Assembly: GCF_004765795.1 (NCBI RefSeq)
Contig: NZ_SBIV01000001.1
Location: 736,236-756,235 of the forward strand
DNA length: 20,000 bases
Source: Halorussus marinus
GTDB lineage: Archaea > Halobacteriota > Halobacteria > Halobacteriales > Haladaptataceae
Direction of reading: 5' to 3'
Positions 1 to 8,544 of this stretch are shown here, in pieces. The position numbers were made by a program, and so were the translations under genes. Each line of letters begins with the position of its first letter. The stretch's first letter is position 1. Below the pieces are notes generated by a model that did not search any database, was not told the DNA's origin, and saw only the letters and a list, made by a program, of their open reading frames with translations.

Positions 1-545
1 TCGAACTCGACGGTCAGCGCGAACACCACCGCGATCGCCGCCGGCACGGCCAGCAGGCCGACCACGAGCCGCCAGTCGAAAAACAGCAACAGCACCGCGG
101 TCGTCAGCGGGCCGAGCGCGATGCCGAGGTTCCCGGCCATCCCGTGGTAGGCGAACGCCGACCCCTGCTGGGAGACGCCCTTGCTGATGAGCGACAGCCC
201 CGAGGGGTGATAGACGCTCGCGGCGATCCCCCAGAGCACGAGCGCCGCGGCGATCACCGGCACGCTCGGCGCGAGGCTCAACAGGACGAACGACCCGCCC
301 ATCCCGACCAGACACGCGATGATGAGCCGGCGCGAGCCGTAGGCGTCGGCGAGCAAGCCGCCGGGTAGCGCGCCGAGTCCGAACAGCGCGTAGCCGGCCG
401 AGACGACCAGCCCCATCGTCCCCGGGTTCACCTCGAACAGGTCGAGCCAGATGGTCACGAGGATCGGGATCGACAGCTCGTAGGTGTGGACCATCCCGTG
501 GGCGACCATCACCAGCCCGACGATCGAGCGGTCGTTGCGGTTCAT
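1..545 (-). CDS. MFS transporter (5' part; runs off the window start)
   Basis: Not in the ORF track. Manual translation from ATG at 545: MNRNDRSIVGLVMVAHGMVHTYELSIPILVTIWLDLF...LPGGLLADAYGSRRLIIACLVG...YHPSGLSLIS...AFAYHGMAGNLGIALGP. It shows MFS motif A (GxLaDryGrR-like GLLADAYGSRR) and successive hydrophobic helices. Confidence 0.9.
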   Translation of the reverse strand, partial: MNRNDRSIVGLVMVAHGMVHTYELSIPILVTIWLDLFEVNPGTMGLVVSAGYALFGLGALPGGLLADAYGSRRLIIACLVGMGGSFVLLSLAPSVPVIAAALVLWGIAASVYHPSGLSLISKGVSQQGSAFAYHGMAGNLGIALGPLTTAVLLLFFDWRLVVGLLAVPAAIAVVFALTVEF

Positions 546-684
546 CGACGCACGCCTCCGACCGGATCCGTCGCTCCGCGTTCGCCTGTACGTCGAGCGA
601 CCGTGTCACGACTCGTCCGATTCACGCTTTGTCACACCGGAGTCTTGTCGTCGTCGCTCTTGAGTCTGGCCGTTCCGGCAGGCG

Positions 685-1995
685 TCAGAAGTCCGCCAGC
701 GACGATTGACCCGCTGGATCGGCGTCGGTTTCCGCGTCGGTGGGTCCGTTCGAGTCGTCGTCGAGCTCTGGGGGATCCGACGCATCGAAGGAGTCGGCAA
801 CGCCGGTGCGCTCGGCGTCGCCGTCCGGCGCGCTCTGGCCGTCCCACCCGCCGAGACTCGTCTGCTCGCCCGCGGCGAACGAGAGGTTCGAGACCCGGAC
901 GCCGACCTTCCGAACCGACTCGTCGTCGAACTCCCCGAGCAGTTCCACCGCGACCTCCTCGACCAGCTCCGGGTCGTCGACCGGGCCGGGAAGCGATGTC
1001 GCGCGCGTGTTCACGTCGAACGGCGGGGTCACCGCCTTGATGGCGATGGTCCGGTAGAGCGCGCCTTTCCGCCGGGCGCGGTCGGCGACGGCCTCCGCGA
1101 GCGTCCGGACGCGCTCGCGCTTGCGGTCGGGGTCGTCGGTCGCCTCGGTGAACGCCGACTCCCGCGAGAGGCTCTTCGGTCGGCCCCGCGGGGTGACCTC
1201 CCGGTCGTCTTCGCCGCGCGCCCGCCGGTACAGCTCCGCGCCGCGCTCGCCGAACCGGGCTTCGAGCGCGTCGGGGTCCGCGCCCGCGAGGTCCCCCGCG
1301 GTCTCGATTCCCAGCTCCCGGAGCTCGCGGGCCGTGACCGGGCCGACGCCGTGAATCTCGCCCGCGTCGAGGGGCGCGAGAAACGACCGGACCTCCCCGG
1401 GCTCGACGACCACGAGCCCGTCGGGCTTGTCGTGGTCGCTCGCGATCTTGGCGGCCGACATGTTGGGCGCGACCCCCACGCTCGCGGTGACGCCGACCTC
1501 GCGGTCGATGCGGTTCTTGACGTGGCGCGCGAACCCCTCGGCGACCGTCCACGCGGTCCGGTCGGTCACGTCGAGGTACGCCTCGTCGATGCTGACCTCG
1601 CGGACCACGTCCGCCGAGTCGTGGAGGATCTCTTTGACCTCCTCGCCGACCGACTCGTAGTAGTCGATGTCCACCGGTCGGTAGTGGCCCGTCGCCGCCG
1701 GGTCGAGGTCGGGATCGGTCTCGGCCGCCGCCCGCCGCGGAAGTCGGTCAAGGGCCTCGCCGATGGCCTGTGCGCTCTCGACGCCGTACTCGCGGGCCTC
1801 GTAGCTTGCGGTCGCGACCGCGCCGTGGCTCTCGCCGGGGTCGTAGCCCATCCCGACGACGACCGGTTCGCCCCGGAGTTCGGGCTCCCGGCGGCGCTCG
1901 CACGCCGCGTAGAAGCAGTCCATGTCGACGTGGAGGACGATGGCGTCGCGCCCGTCGCCGTCGGGCGTCCCGGGCAGTCGCGACCCGCCGGTCAT
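685..1995 (-). CDS. dinB: DNA polymerase IV (Y-family, DinB/PolY)
   Basis: Y-family motifs HVDMDCFYAA, ATASYEAREYGV, SIDEAYLD, SVGVAPN...AKIASD..KPDG and HhH IHGVGPVT, then little-finger domain RKVGVRVSNL. C-terminal PIP-like QSSLADF. Confidence 0.96.
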   Translation of the reverse strand: MTGGSRLPGTPDGDGRDAIVLHVDMDCFYAACERRREPELRGEPVVVGMGYDPGESHGAVATASYEAREYGVESAQAIGEALDRLPRRAAAETDPDLDPAATGHYRPVDIDYYESVGEEVKEILHDSADVVREVSIDEAYLDVTDRTAWTVAEGFARHVKNRIDREVGVTASVGVAPNMSAAKIASDHDKPDGLVVVEPGEVRSFLAPLDAGEIHGVGPVTARELRELGIETAGDLAGADPDALEARFGERGAELYRRARGEDDREVTPRGRPKSLSRESAFTEATDDPDRKRERVRTLAEAVADRARRKGALYRTIAIKAVTPPFDVNTRATSLPGPVDDPELVEEVAVELLGEFDDESVRKVGVRVSNLSFAAGEQTSLGGWDGQSAPDGDAERTGVADSFDASDPPELDDDSNGPTDAETDADPAGQSSLADF

Positions 1996-2020
1996 GTGCG
2001 GGAGTAGGCGGCCGCGACCG

Positions 2021-2027
2021 GATAAAT
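2021..2027 (-). promoter_or_regulatory. TATA box for dinB (leaderless-type)
   Basis: ATTTATC on the minus strand, 26-32 nt upstream of the ATG at 1995; the only AT-rich patch in this GC-rich spacer. Confidence 0.55.
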
Positions 2028-2109
2028 GGACCGCTCGCCGGTGTCGTGGCCGCCCGTCCGGGCGACGGGCGTGTCGGGTCGGGTCCGGTCGGGTCGCCGC
2101 CGAGGGCGT

Positions 2110-2517
2110 TCACGCGAGGTCGCCGTCCCGCAGGAGGTCGGCGACGACGTGGACGTACAGCACGACTGCGGTGAAGCGGGCGTAGACCGGGTCGTAGAGC
2201 GCGATCGCGCCGACGAGCGCCCCGCCGACGAGCGCGTGGCTCAGCAGTCGGTGGGTCTCTAACGTGGTCGTGTCGACGCCGTCGAACACCCGCTCTTGCT
2301 GGGTGAACGCGAACGCCGGATCGCCGACGCACCGCCGGAGGTGCGACCAGTCACCGGCGTGGTACCGCGCGATGAGAAAGTGATCGAGGTCGACGAAGAC
2401 GCTGAGTCCGACCCCGTAGACGAAGAGTCCGACCGCCTCTACCGTTCCGAGCGGGAGCGCGACGGACAGCGCGCCGGCGGTGAGAGCGCCGAGGACCGCG
2501 TGTTCGGGCGACTTCAT
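2110..2517 (-). CDS. Membrane-bound metal-dependent hydrolase (YdjM/DUF457-like)
   Basis: 135 aa hydrophobic protein with the His/Asp pattern of this family: N-terminal EH, VDLDH, THRLLSH, HVVADLL. Confidence 0.72.
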   Translation of the reverse strand: MKSPEHAVLGALTAGALSVALPLGTVEAVGLFVYGVGLSVFVDLDHFLIARYHAGDWSHLRRCVGDPAFAFTQQERVFDGVDTTTLETHRLLSHALVGGALVGAIALYDPVYARFTAVVLYVHVVADLLRDGDLA

Positions 2518-2675
2518 CTCGCCGACGTTCGGAGTCCTTCCAGTTAGTTCGCCGGGGTTCGGTTCGGAGCGCCCACAGCGTCGGCGAGTGGCGGCGACTG
2601 GCGGCCCGACAGCGATCGGTCCACCGGGTGTGACCGTTCAACAAACGCCACGGAGCCCGGAAAACATCGGTCAAA

Positions 2676-2682
2676 TTTATGA
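2676..2682 (+). promoter_or_regulatory. TATA box for sufS (leaderless-type)
   Basis: TTTATGA preceded by CAAA, 23-29 nt upstream of ATG 2705. Confidence 0.6.
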
Positions 2683-2704
2683 GAGTTTGCGATCAGTCGG
2701 AGGT

Positions 2705-4339
2705 ATGGAACGTGACGTGTCGTCAGTCCGGGACGACTTTCCGGTGCTGGATCGACGGGTGGACGACGAGCCGCTGACGTACCTCGACAACGCGGCGACG
2801 ACCCAGACGCCCCGCGAGGTGTACGAGGTCTACGAGGAGTTTTACGCCGGCTACAACGCGAACGTCCACCGCGGGATCCACGCGCTGAGCCACGAGGCCT
2901 CGGTGGCCTACGAGGCGGCCCACGACCGACTCGCCGAGTTCGTGGGCGCGAGCGGCGGCCGCGAGGAGATGATATTCACGAAAAACACCACCGAAGCCAT
3001 CAACCTCGTGGCCTACGGGCTCGGGCTGAACGAACTCGGCCCCGGCGACGAGGTGGTGCTGACCGAGATGGAGCACCACGCCTCGCTAGTGACATGGCAA
3101 CAGGTCGCAAAGCGAACCGGCGCCGACGTCCGGTACATCCGCGTCGACGACGACGGCACCCTCGACATGGACCACGCCAAGGAGCTGATCGGCCCGGACA
3201 CCGCGGTCGTCTCGGTGACCCACGTCTCGAACACGCTCGGGACGGTCAACCCCGTGGCGGCGCTCGCGGAGTTGGCCCACGACGCGGGCGCGTACATCCT
3301 CGTCGACGGCGCCCAGTCGGTGCCGACCCGGCCGGTCGACGTCGAGGCGATGGACGCCGACTTCCTCGCGTTCTCGGGCCACAAGATGGCCGGACCGACC
3401 GGCATCGGCGGTCTGTACGGCAAGCGCCACCTCCTCGAAGAGATGGAGCCGTTCCTCTACGGCGGCGAGATGATCCGCAACGTCACCTTCCACGAGTCGA
3501 CCTGGAACGAGCTCCCGTGGAAGTTCGAGGCCGGGACCCCGCCCATCGCGGCGGGCATCGCGCTCGGAGCCGCCGCCGACTACCTCGACGACATCGGGAT
3601 GGACGCGGTTCGGGACCACGAGAACGAACTCGCCCAGTACCTGCTCGAACGCCTCGACGCCCGCGACGACGTCGAGACCTACGGCCCGCCCGCGGGCGAG
3701 GAGCGGTCGGGGCTGGTCGCGTTCAACCTCGACGGCGTCCACGGTCACGACCTCTCGTCGCTCCTGAACGACCGCGGGATCGCCATCCGGGCGGGCGACC
3801 ACTGCACCCAGCCGCTCCACGACAAGCTCGACGTGCCGGGGTCGGTCCGGGCCTCCTTCTACGTCTACAACACCACAGCGGAGATCGACCGGCTACTCGA
3901 CGCCCTCGACGGCGCGCGCGACCGCCTCGAGGAGTATCTGGAAGACCGGTATCACGACCGCATCGCCGACCACTACCGGCGGCCACGGAACGCGGGCGGC
4001 CTCGAGGACGCCACGTTCACCAAACACTCCGCAGAGACTTCCTGTGGCGACGAGGGCGAGTTCCACGTCTCGGTCGGGTCCGACGGCACCATCGAGGAAC
4101 TCAGCTTCGAGAGCGAGAGCTGTGCGGTCAGTACCGCGGTCGCCAGCCTCCTCACCGAGCACCTCGCCGGCGAGCCCGTCGAGACCGCCGCGACGCTCGA
4201 CGGGACGGCGGTCGAACTTCTCGACGGACAGTTCCCCGATCTCCGGCGCGAGTGCGTGACCGGGCCCGAGCGGGTGATCCGGGAAGGCGCCCGCGAGCAT
4301 CTCGACGCGAGCGCGGAGTCGGCGCCCGCCGACGACTGA
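2705..4339 (+). CDS. sufS: SufS-type (class II) cysteine desulfurase fused to a C-terminal SufU/IscU (NifU_N)-like domain, 544 aa
   Basis: Start moved to ATG 2705 (MERDVSSVRDDFPVL). Desulfurase motifs: YLDNAATTQ, NANVHRG, EMEHHAS, DGAQS, PLP-lysine SGHK (K227) and class II catalytic RAGDHC (C367). From about residue 416: YHDRIADHYRRPRNAG...SCGD...ESCAVSTAVAS...RRECV, a U-type scaffold/sulfurtransferase pattern. Confidence 0.95.
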   Translation: MERDVSSVRDDFPVLDRRVDDEPLTYLDNAATTQTPREVYEVYEEFYAGYNANVHRGIHALSHEASVAYEAAHDRLAEFVGASGGREEMIFTKNTTEAINLVAYGLGLNELGPGDEVVLTEMEHHASLVTWQQVAKRTGADVRYIRVDDDGTLDMDHAKELIGPDTAVVSVTHVSNTLGTVNPVAALAELAHDAGAYILVDGAQSVPTRPVDVEAMDADFLAFSGHKMAGPTGIGGLYGKRHLLEEMEPFLYGGEMIRNVTFHESTWNELPWKFEAGTPPIAAGIALGAAADYLDDIGMDAVRDHENELAQYLLERLDARDDVETYGPPAGEERSGLVAFNLDGVHGHDLSSLLNDRGIAIRAGDHCTQPLHDKLDVPGSVRASFYVYNTTAEIDRLLDALDGARDRLEEYLEDRYHDRIADHYRRPRNAGGLEDATFTKHSAETSCGDEGEFHVSVGSDGTIEELSFESESCAVSTAVASLLTEHLAGEPVETAATLDGTAVELLDGQFPDLRRECVTGPERVIREGAREHLDASAESAPADD

Positions 4340-4342
4340 CCC

Positions 4343-4558
4343 CTACTCGTCTAACAACTGGAGGTCCTCGGCGACGAGGTCCGCCAGCGTGTCCGCGAGG
4401 TCGGGGTCGACCTCCGCGACCGGGTCGCCGCCGTGTCGACGGTCGTTGTGGCGCGCGAGCGTCGCTTCGAGCTCCGGAAGCGGGACCCGGCTGGTGGTCT
4501 CGCACTCCGAGCAGACGATCGGCACGTCGGGGACGTCCTCGTCGGTGTCACTCGCCAT
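4343..4558 (-). CDS. Small acidic C2H2-like metal-finger protein, 71 aa
   Basis: C-terminal part of track ORF 4343..5053, from ATG 4558: MASDTDEDVPDVPIVCSECETTSRVPLPELEATLARHNDRRHGGDPVAEVDPDLADTLADLVAEDLQLLDE. Pattern C-x2-C-x17-H-x4-H; halophilic composition. Confidence 0.8.
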   Translation of the reverse strand: MASDTDEDVPDVPIVCSECETTSRVPLPELEATLARHNDRRHGGDPVAEVDPDLADTLADLVAEDLQLLDE

Positions 4559-4741
4559 CGTGTGTGTGCTCGGTGCGCAGTACCAAAATCGGGTCGGTTC
4601 GAGCGCCGGGTCCGGTCGCTGGGTCGTCGGACCGACGCGCGGTGGCGAGCGTCCGGGCCTCCCCGGACTGTCGCCGTCGGCAAATTCCCACGACAGCGAC
4701 AAGACTATGTGGTGTGGTCTCAAGGAACTACTCGTATCGCC

Positions 4742-5011
4742 ATGCAACCGTGCCAGAACTGCCAGACGGTCATCGACGAGTACATCTTGGATAAACAACT
4801 CGAACCGCTGCGCGATCTCACGGTCGACGATTTCAACGTCTGTGCCGACTGCGCGACGGTCGTCGACGACGCCTGCGTGGCGTGTGGCGGCGCGGTCTAC
4901 GTCCCCCGAAGCCACGCGACGGCCCCCGACTACTGTCCGGCGTGTCGGTCCGACCACATCGAGCGCACGGGACGCGACCCCGGCTGGAGCCTCGATACGC
5001 CCTCGAGCTGA
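4742..5011 (+). CDS. Small protein with four CxxC motifs (double zinc-finger-like), 89 aa
   Basis: From ATG 4742: MQPCQNCQ...VCADCA...ACVACGG...YCPACRS. Eight Cys in four CxxC pairs; acidic composition. Confidence 0.85.
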   Translation: MQPCQNCQTVIDEYILDKQLEPLRDLTVDDFNVCADCATVVDDACVACGGAVYVPRSHATAPDYCPACRSDHIERTGRDPGWSLDTPSS

Positions 5012-5013
5012 GC

Positions 5014-5047
5014 GAGCCCGCCCCGACGGCTCGCCCCCGCTTTTTTC
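5014..5047 (+). terminator. Oligo-T terminator downstream of the four-CxxC gene
   Basis: T7 run at 5041-5047, 30 nt after the stop, preceded by a short GAGCC...GGCTC stem. It lies between convergent genes. Confidence 0.5.
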
Positions 5048-5065
5048 GAACACCCCGGGCCGGCG

Positions 5066-7399
5066 CTACGTGGCGTCCGGCTCGGTCAGCGCCCCCAACA
5101 GGTACTCGGCCCGCTCGGCGTCGAGCGGCTCGTTTGCGTTCCCGCAGTGGGGCGACTGGACGCAGGCCGGACACCCGCCGGTCGAGTCGCAGTCACAGCC
5201 GCCGATCATCTCGGCGGTGGTCGAAAGGAGCGACTCGACGGTCTCGTAGCCCTCCCGGACCAGTCCGACGCCGCCGGGGTAGCCGTCGTAGACGAAGATC
5301 GTGCTCTGGTCGGTGTGGGGGTGGCGGGGCGTCGACAGGCCGCCGATGTCGCCCCGATCGCAGAGGAGTTCGAGCGGGAACAGCGAGATCAGCCCGTGCT
5401 CGGCGGCGTGGATGGCGCCGGGGAAGTCCCCGCGCTCGCGCACCTCGGCCTCGACGTCGGCGGGGACGGTGAAGTACAGCGCCGTCGTGGACAGCGACAG
5501 CTCCGGGAGGTCGAGCGACTCGCGAGCCAGCGCGTCGCCGGTGGTCCCGTCCCGGCGCTCGAACCCGGTGATCTGCTTGCGCATCGTGACGTCCGCGAGT
5601 CGGACCGGGACGTCCTCGCGGGTCGAGAGGCGCTTCTCGCGGCGGTCGGCTTCGACGGTGATGGCCTTCTCGTGGAGGACCTTGGTGTAGTAGTCGGCCC
5701 ACGTCGGCGTGAGTTCGGCGACGCCGGCGTCGAGGTCCAGTTCGACCACCTCGTAGGCCTGCCCCTGGTGGTAGTAGATCGCGCCGGGGTGGGCGTCGGT
5801 CAGCGCGTCGCCAAATGGTAGGGTCGCGACGGTCTCGCCGTTCCTGCGGTCGAGCAGGTTCACCTCGCGGTCGTCGATGGTCCGGAGGCTCGTCTCGTGT
5901 TGGGGACTGCCGCCGCCGTCGTACGTCCACCGGACTCCCTCGGCGGTGGTGCGGCGCTCGAGTTCGCCCGCGTCTTCGAGCCCCGCGACCAGATCCGAAA
6001 ACTCCTCGCCGAAGAAGCGCTCGTCGGCGGGTTCGAGCCACGTCTCGCGAGCCGCCGAGCGGACGTGATCGGGCATCAGTTCGTCGTTCGCGGGGTTCAC
6101 GACCGCGCGCTCGGGGTCGCCGTCGAACAGCTCGTCGGGATCGCTCATCAGGTACTGGTCGAGTTGGTCCTCGCCCGCGACCAGCCCCACCAGCGCGGGG
6201 TCCTCGCCCCGGCCGGCGCGGCCGGCCTGCTGGAACGCCGCCATCCGAGTGCCGGGGTAGCCGTCGAGCAGGACGGCGTCGAGCCCGCCGATGTCGACCC
6301 CGAGCTCCAAGGCGTTCGTGCTCCAGACGCCCGGAATCTCGCCGTCCCGGAGCCCGTCTTCGATCTCGCTTCGTCGGTCGCGATCCAGCGCGGCCTGATA
6401 CGCGGTCACGTCGGGCGCGAGGTCCCCGCGACCGCGCTCGCGGAGTTCGTCGGCGCTCTCCATCGCGTACCGCTCGGCGGCCTGTCGCGCCCGGGTGAAC
6501 GTCAGCGTCTGGTAGCCCTTCGAGACGAGGTCGGCGAACAGCCGCTTGGTCTCGGTGTGGCTCGACGTGCGGCGGCCGCTGGCTCCCGCCGCGGGGTTCT
6601 CGTACTCGGGCGGGTTCCACAATACCCAGTGGGTCGGGCCGGTCGCGCTCGCGTCCTCGTCGACGAGCCGGAACGATGATTCGGGCTCGCCGGTCACGCT
6701 CGCGGCGTGTTCGACCGGGTTGCCGATGGTGGCCGAACAGCAGACGAAATCGGGGTCCGAATCGTAGCGCTCACAGACCCGCCGGAGCCGGCGTACCACG
6801 AGCGAGACGTGGCTCCCGAACACCCCGCGGTACTCGTGGACCTCGTCGAGCACCACCGTTTCGAGGCCCTTGAAGAACCAGTCCCAGAGCCGGTAGGCGT
6901 GGGGCAACAGCGCGTAGTGGAGCATGTCCGGGGTCACGAGCAGGACGGTCGGCCGGCGGTCCCGGACCGCCTCTTTGTCCGTCCGGTCGAGCCGACCGGT
7001 GTATCGCTCGACCGAGACGCGGCTCCCGAACCCGAGGTCGCGCGCGAGCCCCGACAGCGTCTCGTGCTGGTCGTTGATGAGCGCGACCTGCGGGGCGACG
7101 TAGAGAGTCCGCCCGCCGTGATCCATCGCGCGCTCGAACGCGGGGACGGTGTAGGTCAGGCTCTTGCCGCTGGCGGTCGGCGTGGCGACGACGGCGTTCG
7201 CCCCGCCGCGGACCGCCTCGACCGCGGCGGCCTGATGGCGGTAGAGCGCCTCGATCCCGCGGTCGGCGAGCGCCGACTCCAGTCGCGATTCGAGCGCCAC
7301 GTCGCGGGTCTCGCCCGCCCGTCCGGGTCGGGTGCGGTGGGCCGCGATCTGGCCGTCGTAGTAGGGGCGCTCGCGGAGCCACTCGATTGTCTCGTCCAC
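5066..7399 (-). CDS. SF2 DEAD/DEAH-box helicase with C-terminal DUF1998 (MrfA/YprA, Hrq1, SftH family)
   Basis: Q-motif LYRHQ, Walker A TPTASGKS, DEVH, SATIGNP, TNALELGVDIG and QQAGRAGR. C-terminal YDGYPGGVG and CDCDSTGGCPACVQSPHCGNANEPLD tetracysteine signature. GTG start. Confidence 0.93.
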   Translation of the reverse strand: MDETIEWLRERPYYDGQIAAHRTRPGRAGETRDVALESRLESALADRGIEALYRHQAAAVEAVRGGANAVVATPTASGKSLTYTVPAFERAMDHGGRTLYVAPQVALINDQHETLSGLARDLGFGSRVSVERYTGRLDRTDKEAVRDRRPTVLLVTPDMLHYALLPHAYRLWDWFFKGLETVVLDEVHEYRGVFGSHVSLVVRRLRRVCERYDSDPDFVCCSATIGNPVEHAASVTGEPESSFRLVDEDASATGPTHWVLWNPPEYENPAAGASGRRTSSHTETKRLFADLVSKGYQTLTFTRARQAAERYAMESADELRERGRGDLAPDVTAYQAALDRDRRSEIEDGLRDGEIPGVWSTNALELGVDIGGLDAVLLDGYPGTRMAAFQQAGRAGRGEDPALVGLVAGEDQLDQYLMSDPDELFDGDPERAVVNPANDELMPDHVRSAARETWLEPADERFFGEEFSDLVAGLEDAGELERRTTAEGVRWTYDGGGSPQHETSLRTIDDREVNLLDRRNGETVATLPFGDALTDAHPGAIYYHQGQAYEVVELDLDAGVAELTPTWADYYTKVLHEKAITVEADRREKRLSTREDVPVRLADVTMRKQITGFERRDGTTGDALARESLDLPELSLSTTALYFTVPADVEAEVRERGDFPGAIHAAEHGLISLFPLELLCDRGDIGGLSTPRHPHTDQSTIFVYDGYPGGVGLVREGYETVESLLSTTAEMIGGCDCDSTGGCPACVQSPHCGNANEPLDAERAEYLLGALTEPDAT

Positions 7400-7420
7400 G
7401 TCCGGGCGGTAGGGGCCGGT

Positions 7421-7482
7421 CGTCTAACGCCTTTCGCCCCGGAGCGACCGCGATCGCCCGAGGCGGGCCGAACCCTTTTAAT
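7421..7482. promoter_or_regulatory. Divergent promoter region between the helicase and moxR
   Basis: Plus strand: TTTTAAT at 7476-7482, 22-28 nt before ATG 7504. Minus strand: CGAAA (BRE-like) + GTTAGA, about 24-29 nt before GTG 7399. Confidence 0.55.
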
Positions 7483-7503
7483 CGGGCGCCGAGATGTCGG
7501 CGC

Positions 7504-8460
7504 ATGGACCAACCGACCGCAACGAAGCGATGCGAGCGCGTCCTCGACGCGGTCGGCGACGCGGTCATCGCCGACCGGGAGTTCCTCGAAACCGTCCTCA
7601 CCGGGATCCTCGCCCGGGGCCACGTCCTGCTGGAGGACGTGCCCGGCACGGGCAAGACCCTGACCGCCCGGAGCTTCGCCGACGCGCTCGGACTCTCGTT
7701 TTCGCGCATCCAGTTCACTCCCGACCTCCTCCCGGCCGACATCACCGGCTCGAACGTGTACAACGAGGGGACCGGCGACTTCGAGTTCTCGCCCGGCCCC
7801 GTCTTCGCGAACGTGGTACTGGCCGACGAGATCAACCGCGCGCCGCCCAAGACTCAGGCCGCGCTCCTCGAAGCCATGGGGGAAGGACAGGTCACCGTCG
7901 ACGGCGACACCCACCGGCTCCCCGAGCCGTTCTTCGTGCTCGCGACCCAGAATCCGGTCGAACAGCAGGGCACCTTCGGCCTGCCGGAGGCCCAGCGCGA
8001 CCGGTTCATCGTCAAGACCGAGATGGGCTACCCCGACTTCGACGGCGAGCGCGAACTCATCGACCGGCGGGCCGACCGGGTCGCGAAGGCCCCGAGCGTC
8101 GAGGCGGTCCTGCAGGGCCGGGAGGTCCCCGAGATCCAACGGGTGCTCGAAGGCATCCGGGTCGACGACAAGCTCCGGGACTACGTGGTCGCGCTCGGGC
8201 GGGCGACCCGAGAGGACGACCGGATCGACGTCGGCGTCTCGCCGCGCGGAGTCCAGCGGCTGTTCGAGGCCGCCCGCGCCGGCGCGGTCGTCAACGGCCG
8301 CGACTACGTGGTGCCCGACGACGTCAAGCGGGTCGCACGGCCGGCGCTCGCCCATCGGCTGGTGCTGACCGACGAGGCGGGCGTCCGGGGCGTCGACCGG
8401 GAGGCGGTCGTCGCTGACGTGCTCGATCGGGTCGACGTGCCCGCTGTCACGCCCACCTGA
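7504..8460 (+). CDS. moxR: MoxR-family AAA+ ATPase, 318 aa
   Basis: Start moved to ATG 7504. Motifs GHVLLEDVPGTGKT, RIQFTPDLLPADITG, LADEINRAPPKTQAALLEAM, ATQNPVEQQGTFGLPEAQRDRF and GVSPRG. Confidence 0.95.
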   Translation: MDQPTATKRCERVLDAVGDAVIADREFLETVLTGILARGHVLLEDVPGTGKTLTARSFADALGLSFSRIQFTPDLLPADITGSNVYNEGTGDFEFSPGPVFANVVLADEINRAPPKTQAALLEAMGEGQVTVDGDTHRLPEPFFVLATQNPVEQQGTFGLPEAQRDRFIVKTEMGYPDFDGERELIDRRADRVAKAPSVEAVLQGREVPEIQRVLEGIRVDDKLRDYVVALGRATREDDRIDVGVSPRGVQRLFEAARAGAVVNGRDYVVPDDVKRVARPALAHRLVLTDEAGVRGVDREAVVADVLDRVDVPAVTPT

Positions 8461-8544
8461 GCGGCGCGCCGAACGTCATCGGGGCGGCTCCCGCGGGCCG
8501 GGAACCGCCGCAACTCGTTTTTCGCCCCGTTCGAATCGCCGTCC

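Noticed and set aside
2518..2588. 10-bp inverted repeat CTCGCCGACG / CGTCGGCGAG upstream of the hydrolase gene
   Set aside because: GC-rich with a ~50-nt loop; plausible by chance at this base composition, with no supporting feature.
2480..2704. 75-aa N-terminal extension of SufS given by the ORF track
   Set aside because: It overlaps the divergent gene and the promoter. SufS similarity starts at ATG 2705, which has a correctly spaced TATA box.
5066..7399. DUF1998 helicase as part of a DISARM or Druantia defence system
   Set aside because: It is a single full-length MrfA/Hrq1-type helicase, with no methylase, DrmA/DrmC/DrmD or other defence genes recognised nearby.
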